Assembly (NCBI GenBank): GCA_024679065.1
Contig: JAGIQG010000020.1
Coordinates: 8,990,001 to 9,054,000 of the forward strand
Length of the DNA: 64,000 nucleotides
Reading direction: 5' to 3'
Source: Sphyrna mokarran
Taxonomy: Eukaryota
This document shows, one piece after another, positions 9,750-21,799 of the stretch; the stretch's first letter is position 1, and each line of letters starts with the position of its first letter. The position numbers and the translations under genes are program-made. The notes below the pieces were generated by a model. It saw nothing but the letters and a program-made list of their open reading frames with translations, was not told where the DNA came from and did no database searches.

Positions 9750-11975
9750 GAATCATAGAGGTTTACAGTATGGAAACAGGCCCTTCGGCCTAACTTGTTC
9801 ATGTCGCCCTTTTTTTAAACCCCTAAGCTAATCCCAATTGCCCACATTTGGCCCATGTCCCTCTATACCCATCTTACCCATGTAACTATCTAAATGCTTT
9901 TTAAATGATAAAAGGGCTGGAATGGTTACAAAGAACAAAGAACAACACAGCACGGGAAACAGACCCTTCGGCCCAACGAGCCTGTGCCGCCATCCTAACG
10001 TCTTAATGCCATATAGGGACCAAAAGAGGGACAATTTGTTACCCAATCAGCCTAAGAGCACATTTTGGGGATGTGGGAGGAAACCGGAGCACCCGGAGAA
10101 AACCCACGCAACCACAGGGAGAACGCGCTAACTCCTGCAGACACAGGCCCAAATCCATGTGTCTGCACAGCAACAGCAATAGTCTCTGAGCTGTAATGTT
10201 GCCCATCTGATGGTCCAGTTTAAGCATACACTAACGACGTGAAGCACTAGGCCACTCCTGAAGCAACATCCAAGAGCAGCCCTCGCATGACCTACCGAAT
10301 GCATGCACCTTGTTGGTCAACAAGGTGGATCGAATAGCCTGTGGAAACAAATAAGATATTTAGACAGTCCTGTTATATCCCTCTATCTGCAGACCGCTCA
10401 TGTGGCTGTCCAAGAGACCCTTAAACAACCCTAGCATGCCTGCTCCCACCACCTTACTCGGTAGCGCATTCCACACCCCTACTACCCTTTGTGTGAAAAA
10501 CTGCCCTCTAATATTCGTCTTATACATAGCCCCCCTCATCCTAAGGCCATGACCCCTCGTTCTATCCATTTCTAATGGTGGAAAAAGCTTACCACCATTT
10601 ACTCTATCTATACCCCTCACAATCTTATATACCTCTAATAGACCCCTTCTCTATGAGAGGACATGCTCATGAGAGTTGCTATAAGAGGACACAGGTTTAA
10701 GGTGCTATGGAGCAAGTGCAGAAGAGATATCAGGAGTAAGTTTTTCACTCAGAGGATGGTGGATGAGTGGAATCGGCTGCCGTCAGTAGTGGTGGGGGCA
10801 AATTTGATAGGGTCTTTTAAGAGACTTCTGAATGAGTACATGGAATTTAATAGAATTGAGGGTTATAGATAAGCCTAGTAGGAATGGATATAATCGGTGC
10901 AAATTGTGGGTGAAGGGCCTGTTTGTGCTGTAGTTTTTCTGTGTTCTATGTTCTGTGTTTTACCTCTGCAACTTGTCCCAGACACTCACCACCCTCTGTG
11001 TGAAAAAATTGCCCCTCTGGACACTTTTGCATCTCTCCCTTCTCACCTTAAACCTATGCCCTCTAGTTTTAGGCTCCCTTACATTTGGGAAAAGATATTG
11101 ACTATCTACTTATCTACGCCAATCATTATTTTATAGACCTCTATAAGGTCACCCCTCAGCCGCCTACGCTCCAGAGAAAAAAGTCCCAGTCTATTGAGCC
11201 TCTCCTTATAACTCAATCCATCAAATCTCGGTAACATCCTAATAAATCTTTTCTGCACTCTTTCTAGTTTAATAATATCATTTCTATAAGAGAGTGACAA
11301 GAATCGTACACAATATTCCCAAGTGTGGCCTTACCAATGACTTGTACAACTTTCCAGCTCCTGTATTCAATATTCTGACTGATGAAACCAAGCATGCTTA
11401 ATGACTTCTTCACCACTCTGTCCACCTGTGACTTCACTTTCAAGGAACTATGAACATATGCCCCTAAATCCCTTTGCTCTGTAACTGTCCCCAGTGCCTA
11501 CCATTAACTGAGCAAGTCCTGCTCTGGTTCAATCTACCAAAACATATCATCTTGCATTTGTCTAAATTAAACTCCATTTGCCATTCATCAGCCTAATGGC
11601 CCAATTGATCAAGATCTCATTGCAATTGGAGATAACTTTCTTCACTGTCCACTACATCACCAATTCTGGTGTCATCTGCAAACTTACTAATCATGTCCCC
11701 TATATTCTCATCCAAATTTTTATAAATGACAAATAACAGTGGGCCCAACACTGATCCCTGAGACACACCATTGGTCACAGGCCTCCAGTTTGAAAAACAA
11801 CTCTCTACAATCACCCTTTTTTTGTATCCACTTAGATACCTCACCCTGGATCCTATGAGATTTGACCTTATGCAACAACCTACCATGCGATACTTTGTCA
11901 AAGTCCAACTAGACAACATCAACTACACTGTCTTTAGCTATCTTCTTGTCTACCCCTTCAAAAAACTCAACAAAA
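9750..11975 (-). mobile_element. Nested CR1 cluster: older minus-strand CR1 (9750-9920 + 10960-11975) interrupted by a minus CR1 (9927-10640) and a plus CR1 fragment (10660-10960)
   Basis: RT peptide fragments in ORFs 10360-10620, 10663-10872, 11106-11300, 11617-11922; host element sequence resumes across the inserts. Confidence 0.8.
9927..10640 (-). mobile_element. CR1 3' end with extended 3'UTR (acceptor + hairpins + V-SINE core), copy 1
   Basis: ORF2 end ...IEGYNRTV* at 10360, followed by an about 430-nt UTR shared with four other copies. Confidence 0.85.
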
Positions 11976-12224
11976 TTTTGGGACATGTTTATAATTGTAT
12001 AACTTGAGAGGCTAAGTTTCAAGTTATTGAAGAGTAAGATGCTGACTTGCTGTAGACTGGGGACACATCATTATCTGGCATACTTGTCTACAGAAGACAA
12101 ATAGCTTTGGAATTTGCCATAGTAATGATGGTAACAATGTCAGTGTTTATCATCACTATTCTTCAGAACAAGACAGTAACTTTTACAGTCCATGTATCCG
12201 CATTAAACATGGAAATTGCTATCA

Positions 12225-12600
12225 GAGAGAGCCAAGCATGGGTTAAAGAGAACTGTATTGTCTCCAGCCAGGGCAGTTTAGTGAGATTTTGTAAGCTCAG
12301 GCAAGTCATGTAGGTTACAGATAGTGTGACATTTAACATGTGCTTGGCCCTCCCTCCACTCACATTGTCTGTACCTTTAAGCCTGGATTACATGTAAAGA
12401 CTCACATTCTAACCATTACTTGTAAATTAAGTTTGTGTCTTTATATGTCCTGTTTGTGAACACAAGTCGTCGTTAACCTGATGAAGGTGCTTAAGATTCT
12501 GAAAGCTAGTGCTGCCAAATAAACTTGTTGGACTTTAACCTGGTGTTGTGAGACTTCTTACTGTGCTTGCCCCAATCCAATGCTGGCATCTCCACATCTC
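12225..12600 (+). mobile_element. Penelope-like element 3' end with internal inversion and degenerate hammerhead core
   Basis: 12230-12332 on - reads MSHYL* (end of a GIY-YIG-type ORF). The plus part has CTGATGA 12478 ... GAAAGCTA 12501 and the terminal repeat ending GGCATCTCCACATC. Confidence 0.65.
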
Positions 12601-13562
12601 GATGACAGAAGACAGAGATGGTTGTGAAGGATTGTTTTTCAAACTAGAGGCCTATGGCCAACAGTGTACCTCAAGGATCAGTGCTGGGTTCTCTGTTATT
12701 TGTTATTTATATTAATGATTTGGATGAGAATTTAGGAGGCAAGGCTAATGAGTTTGCAGATACACCAAGATTGATGGCATAGTGGGTAGTGAAGACGTTA
12801 GGATGGTGGCACGGGCTCGTTGGGCCGAAGGGCCTGTTTCCCATGCTGTGTTGTTCTTTGTTCTTTGTTCTTTGTTGTCTCAGGTTGCAATGGGATCTTG
12901 ATCAATTGAAACAATGGGCTGATGAATGGCAGATGGAATTTAATTTAGGTAAATGCGAAAAGATGCATTTTGATAGATCAAACCAAGGCAGACTTACTCA
13001 GTTACTGGTAAGGTGTTGGGGAGAGTTACAGAACAAATAGATCTCGGGGTATATGTTCATAGGTCCTTGAAGATGAAGTCAGAGGTGGACATAGTGATGA
13101 AGAAGGCATTCAGCATGTTTGGTTTCATTGGTCAGAGTGTTGAATACTGAAGTGGGACATCTTCTGAAAGTTGTACACGACATTGTTGAGGTCACACTTA
13201 TAATAATGAGTAGAGTTCTGATCCCCTTATTATAGAAAAGATATTATTAACTGAGAAAGAGTGCAGAAAAGATTTACTAGGATATTATTGGTACTTGATG
13301 ATTTGAGTTATAAGGAAAGACTGGATAGACAGGGACTTTTTTCCTGGACTTAGAGGTGATCTTATAGAGGTTTATAAAATATTGTGGGGCATAGATCAGT
13401 TAGATAGTCAACATCTTTTCCCAAAAATTGTGGAGTGTTAAACTAGAGGATGTAGGTTTAAGATGAGAGATGTGAAAGAGTTCAGAGGAGCAATTTTTTC
13501 ACATAGTGGGTGGTCAGCGTCTGGAACAAGCTGCCAGAGGTAGTAATGGAGGTGACTACATG
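12600..13562 (+). mobile_element. Degenerate CR1 RT fragment containing a 75-bp CR1 tail insertion (about 12797-12872)
   Basis: PQGSVLG-like and WADEWQMEFN peptides. Confidence 0.8.
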
Positions 13563-14064
13563 TGCTGAGGTGAGGTGAGGGGAGGGGGTGGTGCAGTTTA
13601 GAACTCCAGCAGGAAATGTGGAGCTCCAGAATAGGTAAGTACTGTAATTGCCATACCTTGGAAAATTCTGTCCATAAATATTTTTCAAAACTTCTAAGTA
13701 ATATTTGACTGTAGCCCCATGCATCTGCCACCATCATTTTTTTTTTCCTATCTGTAAAATTTCAAATTAAATGGCAGGCAATTTTGACAGATTTTGCTTT
13801 CTGGTTTGCTGTCTGTGAGAAAGGCTGAGTCTGATTTGTTGCTTGGTCTGCTTGATGACATCACTGCTGCTGGAAAATCATGATCCGCTTAGCTTGGCAC
13901 AGCTCCAAACTGAGGAAAGGAAGTTGCTCCTTCTTTGTAGGCAGTTTCCCTCCAGGCCAGAGATATGTGCCTCAGTACTGACAGCAGAAATCCAGCCCAA
14001 AAATTATTAATATCTTCCAAAAAATTGTTTCATTCATACAGTTTCACTCATATTAAAGATCAAA

Positions 14065-15440
14065 TTGTGAGGGAGAGAGACAGTGTGAGGGTGAAAGAGT
14101 GTGAGGGAGAGAGAATCTGAAGGAGAAAGCGTGAGAGAGTCAGAATGAAGGGGATTGTGAGCGTGAGAAAGGAAGTGTGTGGGGGAGAAAGTGTGTGAGG
14201 GAGAATGATTAGATTAGATTAGATTAGAGCAACACAGCACGGGAAACAGGCCCTTCGGCCCAACAAGCCCGCGCCGCCGTCATAACTATGTAGTAACAAT
14301 TCCATTATCCTATTCTAATTTTAAGTTATTCCTAATATGGAAGAGTCTCAATGTAGGGACAATTTGTTTCCCAATCAGCCTAAGAGCGAATTTTTTGGGA
14401 TGTGGGAGGAAACCGGAGCGCCCGGAGAAAACCCACGCAACCACGGGGAGAACGCGCAAACTCCCGCAGACACCGGCCCAATTCCAAGTGTCTGCACAGC
14501 TACAGCGATAGTCACTGAGCTGTCATGGTGCCCTTCAGATGGTCCAGATAAAGCACTCATTTACGACATGAAGCACCAGGCAACCCATGAATCAACATCC
14601 AACAGCTGTCCTCGCACAACCTGCCGAATGCATGCTCCTTGTTGGTCAAGTATGGACCGAATTACCTGTGGGAAAAAAAGCCATAGTTAAACAGTCCTAC
14701 TATATCCCTCTATCTGCATAATGAGTGTGAGGAAGAGACAGTGTGTGGTGTGAGTGTGAGGGAGAGAAAATGTGAGGGAGAGTGTGAGGAAGAGAGAGTG
14801 TGAGGGACAAAGTGTATAAGAGGTGGGCGAAAGTGAGTGAGGGTGTGAGGGACAGAGTGTGTAAAGGAGAGAGAGCATGGAGTGTGAGTGTGAGGGAGAG
14901 ACAATGTGAGGGATAGTGTGAGGAAGGGAGAGTGTAAGGGAGAGAGTGTGTAAGGAGTGGGAGACAGTGAGTGAGGGTGTGAGGGAAAGAAAGTGTGAGG
15001 GAGAGAGTGTGTTAAGGGTGTGAGGAAGAGAGTGAGAGGAAGAGAGAGTGTGAGGAAGAGAGAGTGTGAAGAGTGGGAGAGTGTGAGGGAGAGTGTGTAT
15101 GAACGATGGGAGAGTGTGGGGGAGAGAGAATGTGTGGGGTTGTGTGTGAAGAAGTGAGAGTATGAAGGAGAGAATGTGTGAGGGGTGTGTGTGTGAGGGG
15201 CAGAGAATGAGAGTGAGAGAGAGTGTGAGGGAAAGAGTGTGAGGAAGAGAGAGTGTGAAGGAGAGAATGTGTGAGGGGTGGCAGAGTGTGAGGGAGAGAT
15301 AGTGTGAGGGGTGTGAGTGTGAGGGACAGAGAATGAGAGGGAGGGACAGAGAGTGTGAGGGAGTTAAAAATTGATGAGGGCAGGGTGTGTGTGGTTTAGA
15401 AATTGTGAGAGGGAGGAGAGAGAGAGTGTGTGTAGTTGGG
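14065..15440. repeat. (GA/GT)-rich imperfect simple repeat (GTGTGAGGGAGAGA-like), interrupted by a CR1 3' end
   Basis: Low-complexity purine-rich tandem repeat seen directly. Confidence 0.9.
14206..14718 (-). mobile_element. CR1 3' end with extended 3'UTR, copy 2, (TCTAA)n tail
   Basis: MQIEGYSRTV* at 14687, shared UTR module, GATTA repeats at about 14207-14226. Confidence 0.85.
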
Positions 15441-16074
15441 GCAGAGGGTATCCATAAGGCTAACTCACTCCCAGTATCAGAGTCACTCGCCCTTCCTCAT
15501 GCAGCACCATGATGCATTCTCACAGTGGGTGAGTGAACGAGTGAGCAGCCTGACACTGTGAGTGAGCTGAACACACACCATCCTGTAACACTCTAATACT
15601 CATTTGCACATAATGCTCATTTTTATTCAGAAGGTTACTTTGTTTCATAACTTAGTTTTTTAAATTTATTTCTAAAATTGCTTTTTAGACAATAATTGAT
15701 CTTTTTAAAATTTTCTGAAAATGCTGGTTTAGCCTGTATTTATCTCAAAATTCTACATTGGTAAAGGAGTTGAAGATAATGATTGAAAGAGTGACTTGTG
15801 GCTTTTTGAAACAGTGGACTGCCACTTTAAACATCTGCTAGCACTCCTTAAGAAGTTACACAGCATGTGAATACGGCCAGTATTTCGGATGACCATTCCT
15901 TAGAGCAGCCAGCTGTTTGAGAGTAAACAAGAGAATGAGTAAATATTTGAGAATGTCAATTTCAAACGCCACTTAAAGGGAAATTCACCACTTCATGATC
16001 ATCACTGCTGGATCTGTGAAGGGAATCTCTCAAACACATCAACAGACTTTCTGGGACATTTGCCAAGACTTAGA

Positions 16075-16690
16075 AATCACAGTATCCCTAAAGTGCAGAA
16101 GGAGGCCATTTGACCCATAGAGTCTGCAGAGACAACAAATCCACCCAAGCCCTATCCCCACATGTTTGCCCTGCTCTAACCAACCCATGAGCGGCAAGGT
16201 AGCACAGCGGTGAGCACTGCTGCTTCACAGCTCCAGGGTCCTGGGTTCGATTCCCGGCTTGGGTCACTGTCTGTGCGGAGTTTGCACATTTTCCTCGTGT
16301 CTGCGTGGGTTTCCTCTGGGTGCTCTGGTTTCCTCCTACGGTCCGAAGATGTGCGGGTTAAGTTGATTGGCCATGCTAAGAAATTGTCCCTCAGTGTCCA
16401 GGGATCTGTAGATTAGTGGGAATAACATGTAGGGAACTGGCGGTAGTGCCTGGATGGGATTGTGTTCGGTGCAGACTCGATTGGCCGAAGGGCCTCTTCC
16501 TGCACTATGAACATCCCGGGACACTAAGGGCAAGTTAGTATGGCTGATGCATCTATCTCGCACATCTTTGGACTATAGAAGGAAACCGGAGCACACCCAC
16601 ACAGACAAGGGGAGAAAATGCAAACTCCAAACAGTCACCCGCGGCCGGAATTGAACCTGGGTCCCTGGCCACTGTGCTAGCGTGCTGCCC
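16075..16690. mobile_element. Two nested tRNA-derived V-SINEs (HE1-like): + copy about 16192-16510 inside a - copy
   Basis: A/B-box head (GGTAGCACAGCGG...GGGTTCGATTCCC), V core GTGCGGAGTTTGCACATT...GGTTTCCTCC, CR1-like tail. Confidence 0.85.
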
Positions 16691-16856
16691 ATTAACTTTA
16701 ACCAATATTTCTTCTGGAAGTTCTCTGAGGACTTCACCTTAAGAACTGTAAGTGTTTTATTATTTCACCTTATAGGAAGCAGCAGGAGAACGCCTTAGCC
16801 ACGGCCACTTGCCCTTTGATCTGGAAAATGATTTGAAGGTCACCAGCTTATGCAGT

Positions 16857-18256
16857 GGATTGGCACATGAGAGGGTAGGAGGGCATATTTGCCGCCTGAG
16901 GGAGAATACATTCCTCCTCTTCCTCTCGACTTCTGCACGAGAATCTGTAACGCTGTATTTTAGCCCCCTCTCCCACAGTCACCCCTGTCTGCTAATAGAG
17001 TGGAGGTGTCTGCTTCTCAAACATTGTGCTTTACTCAACATTTCGGTGCAAAACCCGTGGATGTGTATTTAATACCGGCAGGCAAATTCAAATCATGGTA
17101 ATCAACAGTTAGGATCAAATCTGGAACACAAATTTTCAAACGGGTAATCACCATTACTACGTCTACTAAACCCCTATTTTTATCTTCAGACAAAATAACC
17201 GCCCTTGCCCATATATAACTAACTGTAGTTATTAAGTCAGGATTTCTAGCAGTAATACACAGCTATTGCTTAGCTAGCCAAAGGCAGAGCCCGAAACCCT
17301 ACCAGAAAAAGTGAAGCCAAACCCAGTTTTGACGCGGCCCCAACTCCGACGCAGCACCTCCAAAGTTTTCGATATTAAAATACTTCCCGTCGCAATCACT
17401 ACCCCCTCTCCGCTTTCTCTCGTTTTGACCCTGTTTCCTCCCGCCAAAGTTAACACGATTCGCCATCGTTGTAACTTTCTGTCCCATCTTATTGGCACGC
17501 ATGGGACGAGGACAACGTGTGCAATACAAAAATAAAATCGGTGAAAAGAGGAAGGAAAAGGATTGAAGTATATATATATATATATGCACATCACACACAC
17601 TATGCGTGCAGACAGTAGCAACACGTCTGGGTGGAACACAGACATATATGAAACAAATACATTTGCCCACGCTGTCTGTCTCATCGCACCTACAATTGGT
17701 TTCTCCGTCTGCAGAGTAATGACAATTCTGAATACTGTTATGACTAACATTTTATGTGGAAAGGGGAAGTTTTAAACATTATTTATATCTTTGCGCGTGT
17801 TTATAAATTGGGGCCACACAGATCTGTATAACACATGCAATCCACAATTTTAACACGGATACCTCACACAAGTGATAATTAAGTCTTTACTTCACAATTA
17901 ACAACATGAGTCTCCTGATTTTTTGTAATAAGAAGTCTCGCAACGCCAGGTTAAAATCCAACAGATTTATTTGGAAGCAAACGCCACTAAGCTTTTCACA
18001 GTATATTGTCGGCATCTCCACGTCCTGATTTTCGTTGGATTGGCACGAGAGGGTAGGAGGGAATATTTGCCCCCTGAGGGGGAATACATTCCTCCTCCTC
18101 CTCTCGACTTCTGCATGAGAACCTGTAACGCTGTATTTCAGCTCCGTCTCCCACCGTCCCACAGTCGCCCTGCTCTCTGCTAATCGAGTGGAGGTGTCTG
18201 CAAACAGCCCACACCCTGCTTCTCAAACATTGTGCCTTACTCAGCATTTCGGTGCA
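16857..18256 (+). repeat. Local direct duplication of about 200 bp (16857-17052 and 18037-18256)
   Basis: Visible alignment GGATTGGCAC..GAGAGGGTAGGAGG..ATATTTGCC.CCTGAGGG.GAATACATTCCTCCTC...CATTTCGGTGCAA. Confidence 0.9.
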
Positions 18257-19742
18257 ATTACCAAAGGGTAGAACTTTCCACTCTGAGCTGCTCCCCATGT
18301 GGACCTGAGCCCTTTTTATCACAATGGACAAAAACTCCCTTCCTGGCCATGACTGAGCGGATCCCCGAGTTAGTCCTGGATCAGCTCCCAAGCACCAACT
18401 TGAAATTGGGCGGAAACTCAAACTCAGCGGGTAACTGGGGAAAGAAATCTGCCAATCTCCAGCAGAAAAAATTCCAGGTGAATTTCGCCTTTGGAATACA
18501 GATGTGAGGAGGATGCACAGGCAGTGTAACAAAAGAAAGGCGACAAAGTATAACCGATTTACTGTCATGTTCTCAATAAAAACTAGCTTTCTATTTATGA
18601 TACAATTCTGGATTCACGCAGAACTGAACAGGACAATCTTAAAGGTATTTCTTAACCATTGTTGTTGATATTGTTCACAATAATGTTGATAAACAAAACA
18701 TGTTGATAAAATAAAACAAAACCAGTTTTATTTTACATTTGCATCTTATTCACTAGTTTAATATTAAAACAGGCCCAACAACCGTACACAAATTCATTTA
18801 CCATTTCTATTCTCTGTAAGTCTTTGTAAACAGCTAAATTAAGTCAAATTAATTCTGCTGATACTTTTTATGTGGTAACTGCCCAGCTAGGTAATTCAAT
18901 CTGATGGCTGATTGAAGTGATACAAAGACACGGAAAATTAGTTGTACGGAAGAAAATCAGACACAAAGCGAAATAAAGGGGGAGATGGACGAAGGCGCTG
19001 CCTGATTGCACCATGTAAAGCTCTAGTCAATATTAATTATGCAACACACAAGTTCGATTGCTTTTGACCCATGGTGGGAATGCACTTTCACACAAGCCCT
19101 CAGAGCTGAGAATTTCGCACGTTTTAATAATTTTAGTGAAACGATAACACCTCTCACCGCAACACATCAACTGTTGGAGCCGTGTCTGCACAGGGCTTCT
19201 ATATATTGATGCCATCAGATGGGACTTAGTAATAGCAAGACAGGTCTTAAAGGTCACAACTGCTAAACTACACTTTGTGCCACATCCTTTGATTGCAAAA
19301 TGTACAATCACAATGAAAGGTGCAGATTGTTTACTGACCACATTCGAGTCTTTTTTTTTAAAGTCTAAACATGATTAAAGGGTGAATAAAGGATATCACT
19401 ATCCTGCATTTGAGTTTTAGAGCCTAACTACATCCTGGCCATCACAAAGTTCAGCTACTTAGATCTTGGAGTATTGTAGGTCTCTTTCTCGACCTCAGCC
19501 CGCTGATTGTCAGTCCTATATTCCTGATATTGGTACCTCCAGAATCCACTATTTCAGTTCTGTTCTGGTCAAACCAATACTTTTCATCCTCCATAAGTAT
19601 CAGCTAATCGAAACGGCTACCCAACTACTATCAAGACATCCTTATCCCTTTGCTTTCTCATCTGCACTGGCTCCCAATGCACCATCATCTCCAGTTTCAA
19701 ATTCTCCTCCTTGTAGTCAAATCACTCTACCGCCCCCACTCT

Positions 19743-19769
19743 CCCCCCCCCCCCCCCCCCCCCCCCCCC
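19743..19769. repeat. Poly-C tract
   Basis: About 27 consecutive C. Confidence 0.9.
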
Positions 19770-20221
19770 ACCCCTGCCTTGTCAGTGCTCTAGAATATGT
19801 TTGTCAGTCCTGTTTCTTCCCACTCCGGTAAAAAACAGTTTTTAAAATCCTGACCAGAACCTTAAGCTATACAAGCAAAGTTAAACTAAGTGAGTCTGGC
19901 CATTAATATTGCAGTCTTGGTCATAAATGCTCACTACTTATTCTGAGCATGTAGTTCGGCTGCACCTCAGTGAAAGGCTACTGACCCCATCGCACGGCCC
20001 CTTTGATGATAGCTTCCTCAACTGAAAACCTAGCTTTGATAGAGCCATTGCTATTTGGAAATACAAGCACTCAACTGTGATTTACTGGAACACTTGGATA
20101 AATAACTGGATCTGAACATTATTCTGCAATGCCTCCATTTTAAAATCCTCATCAAACTCTTAAATATGTCTATGGCCTTGCCATCCCTTATCCCTGTAAC
20201 CTGCTGAACTGGCATCATTCC

Positions 20222-20822
20222 TAAGAAATACTTAGATGGGCACATGAACAGAATGGGAATGGAGGGGTATAGAAAACTGATTTAAAATAGGGATCATGAG
20301 CCTTCGGAGTCCCTGGGAAGTGTGTAAATAGATGATGATATTGATGTACTTGTTTTTACCCTACAGATGCTTTGGTCCACCTTGTTGTCTAACGAGGGGC
20401 ATACACGTGATGGGTCGTGAGAGGGCTGCTCTTAGATTTTTTTTTCGAGAGTATCATAGTGCTTCACGTCATTAGTGCGTGCTTGACCTGGACCATTTGA
20501 TGGGCAACACGACAGCTCAGTGACTATCGCTGTGCTGTGCAGATACATGGATTTGGGCCTGTGTCTGTGGGAGTTTGCGCATTCTCCCCGTTCTTGCGTG
20601 GGTTTTCTCCGGGTGCTCCGGTTTCCTCCCACATCCCAAAGATGTGCTCTTAGGCTAATTGGCAAAACAAATTCTCCCTAAATTGTCTCAAATTTGGTTT
20701 TTAATCCATAGATCTACAAACATGGACAGGGATCACAGGTAGAGGTGGGAACATTGGGGTGGCGGCGCGGGCTCGTTGGTACGAAGGGCCTGTTTCGCAT
20801 GCTGTTTTGTTCTTTGTTCTAA
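20222..20822 (+). mobile_element. CR1 3' end with extended 3'UTR, copy 3
   Basis: KKYLDGHMNRMGMEGYRKLI* then shared UTR module; nearly identical to the copy at 25083-25680. Confidence 0.88.
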
Positions 20823-21799
20823 TTACCCCTCATGCCCTGTCTGAATTTATCATGTCCTTTAGGCTCCCTTCCTGCTCCCTTCATTCTTTTTCCATAAAAA
20901 TGCCGACCACCCACCCTCCCTTCTGGTTACCCATGTTAGCTGATATTGTTAATAGCTCTCTCTCTTCAGGTAAGATCTCTCTCTCCTTAAAAACTGTGGT
21001 CATCACTTCTACACCTTTAAAAAAGACTGACACAACAATCCTTGTTAATAACTGCCTCATCCTCAAATCCCTTCTGTTTCCTAAGTTCTGGAATGTGGTG
21101 CTTTCTCCTAACTATATAAACCTATCTTTACAGGATTTCTATTTTGAATCCCATCAGCCAAGTTTCTACTTCAGTCACAACACCAACACGGCTCTTATCA
21201 AAATCACAAATGACTTCTTAAGTGAATTCTCAAAATAAACTATCCCTTCTTATACACTTCCATCTGCTTACAATCTTTGGCATTGGACCACATTAACCTC
21301 TTCCAATTCCTATCTGCCATCATTTGATTTGGTGATATTGAATTTGCTGATTCCATTTTTAACTAGATTATCATAACATGAAGATTGCTGAAAAGGGACA
21401 TGCTACCAAAGCTTTTCATTTTGTACTGCTCTGGACAAATGTAAGAATGCCAAATTCCAGATGATCACAACAATTTATACTATAAGTGGAAATGGAGTAC
21501 TTGTTGGTTGGCAAGGTGATGGAGTGGGACTTGCCAAATAAATAGCTGGGAGTTTGATGACTGAGGTATTCTTGCAGTTTATTCTTTTCCACAAATAAAT
21601 CAAATTTTGGTTGAATTTAGCATTTAACTAAATTTACCATTTAACTTAAATTGCAATTTCTTTCAGTCTTAAGCAAGGAAAAAGATATTCTCTACTGGAG
21701 AGCAGCTATACAAAAATAGTTAATTAGGAAGCTAGATTAATCTAGTTTTGGTAGATGCAATAAACTGATTGCTCTCTGTGTCTCAGTATAATAAATACA

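Larger units (their letters stand above)
19450..21375 (+). mobile_element. Old L2-type LINE fragments, interrupted by a CR1 3' end
   Basis: IVNSSLSSG...LKTVVIT.PLKK...SHNTNTALIKITND is typical of L2 RT. Confidence 0.7.

Noticed and set aside
14337-14690. 117-aa ORF antisense to the CR1 3'UTR module
   Set aside because: Other copies have stops and frameshifts in this frame, and substitutions show no codon-position bias
15840-16115. Short open frame ENVNFKRHLKGNSPLHDHHCWICEG...
   Set aside because: No clear splice sites or recognisable family; insufficient support
16192-16262. tRNA-like A/B boxes
   Set aside because: SINE heads rather than tRNA genes; each continues into the V core
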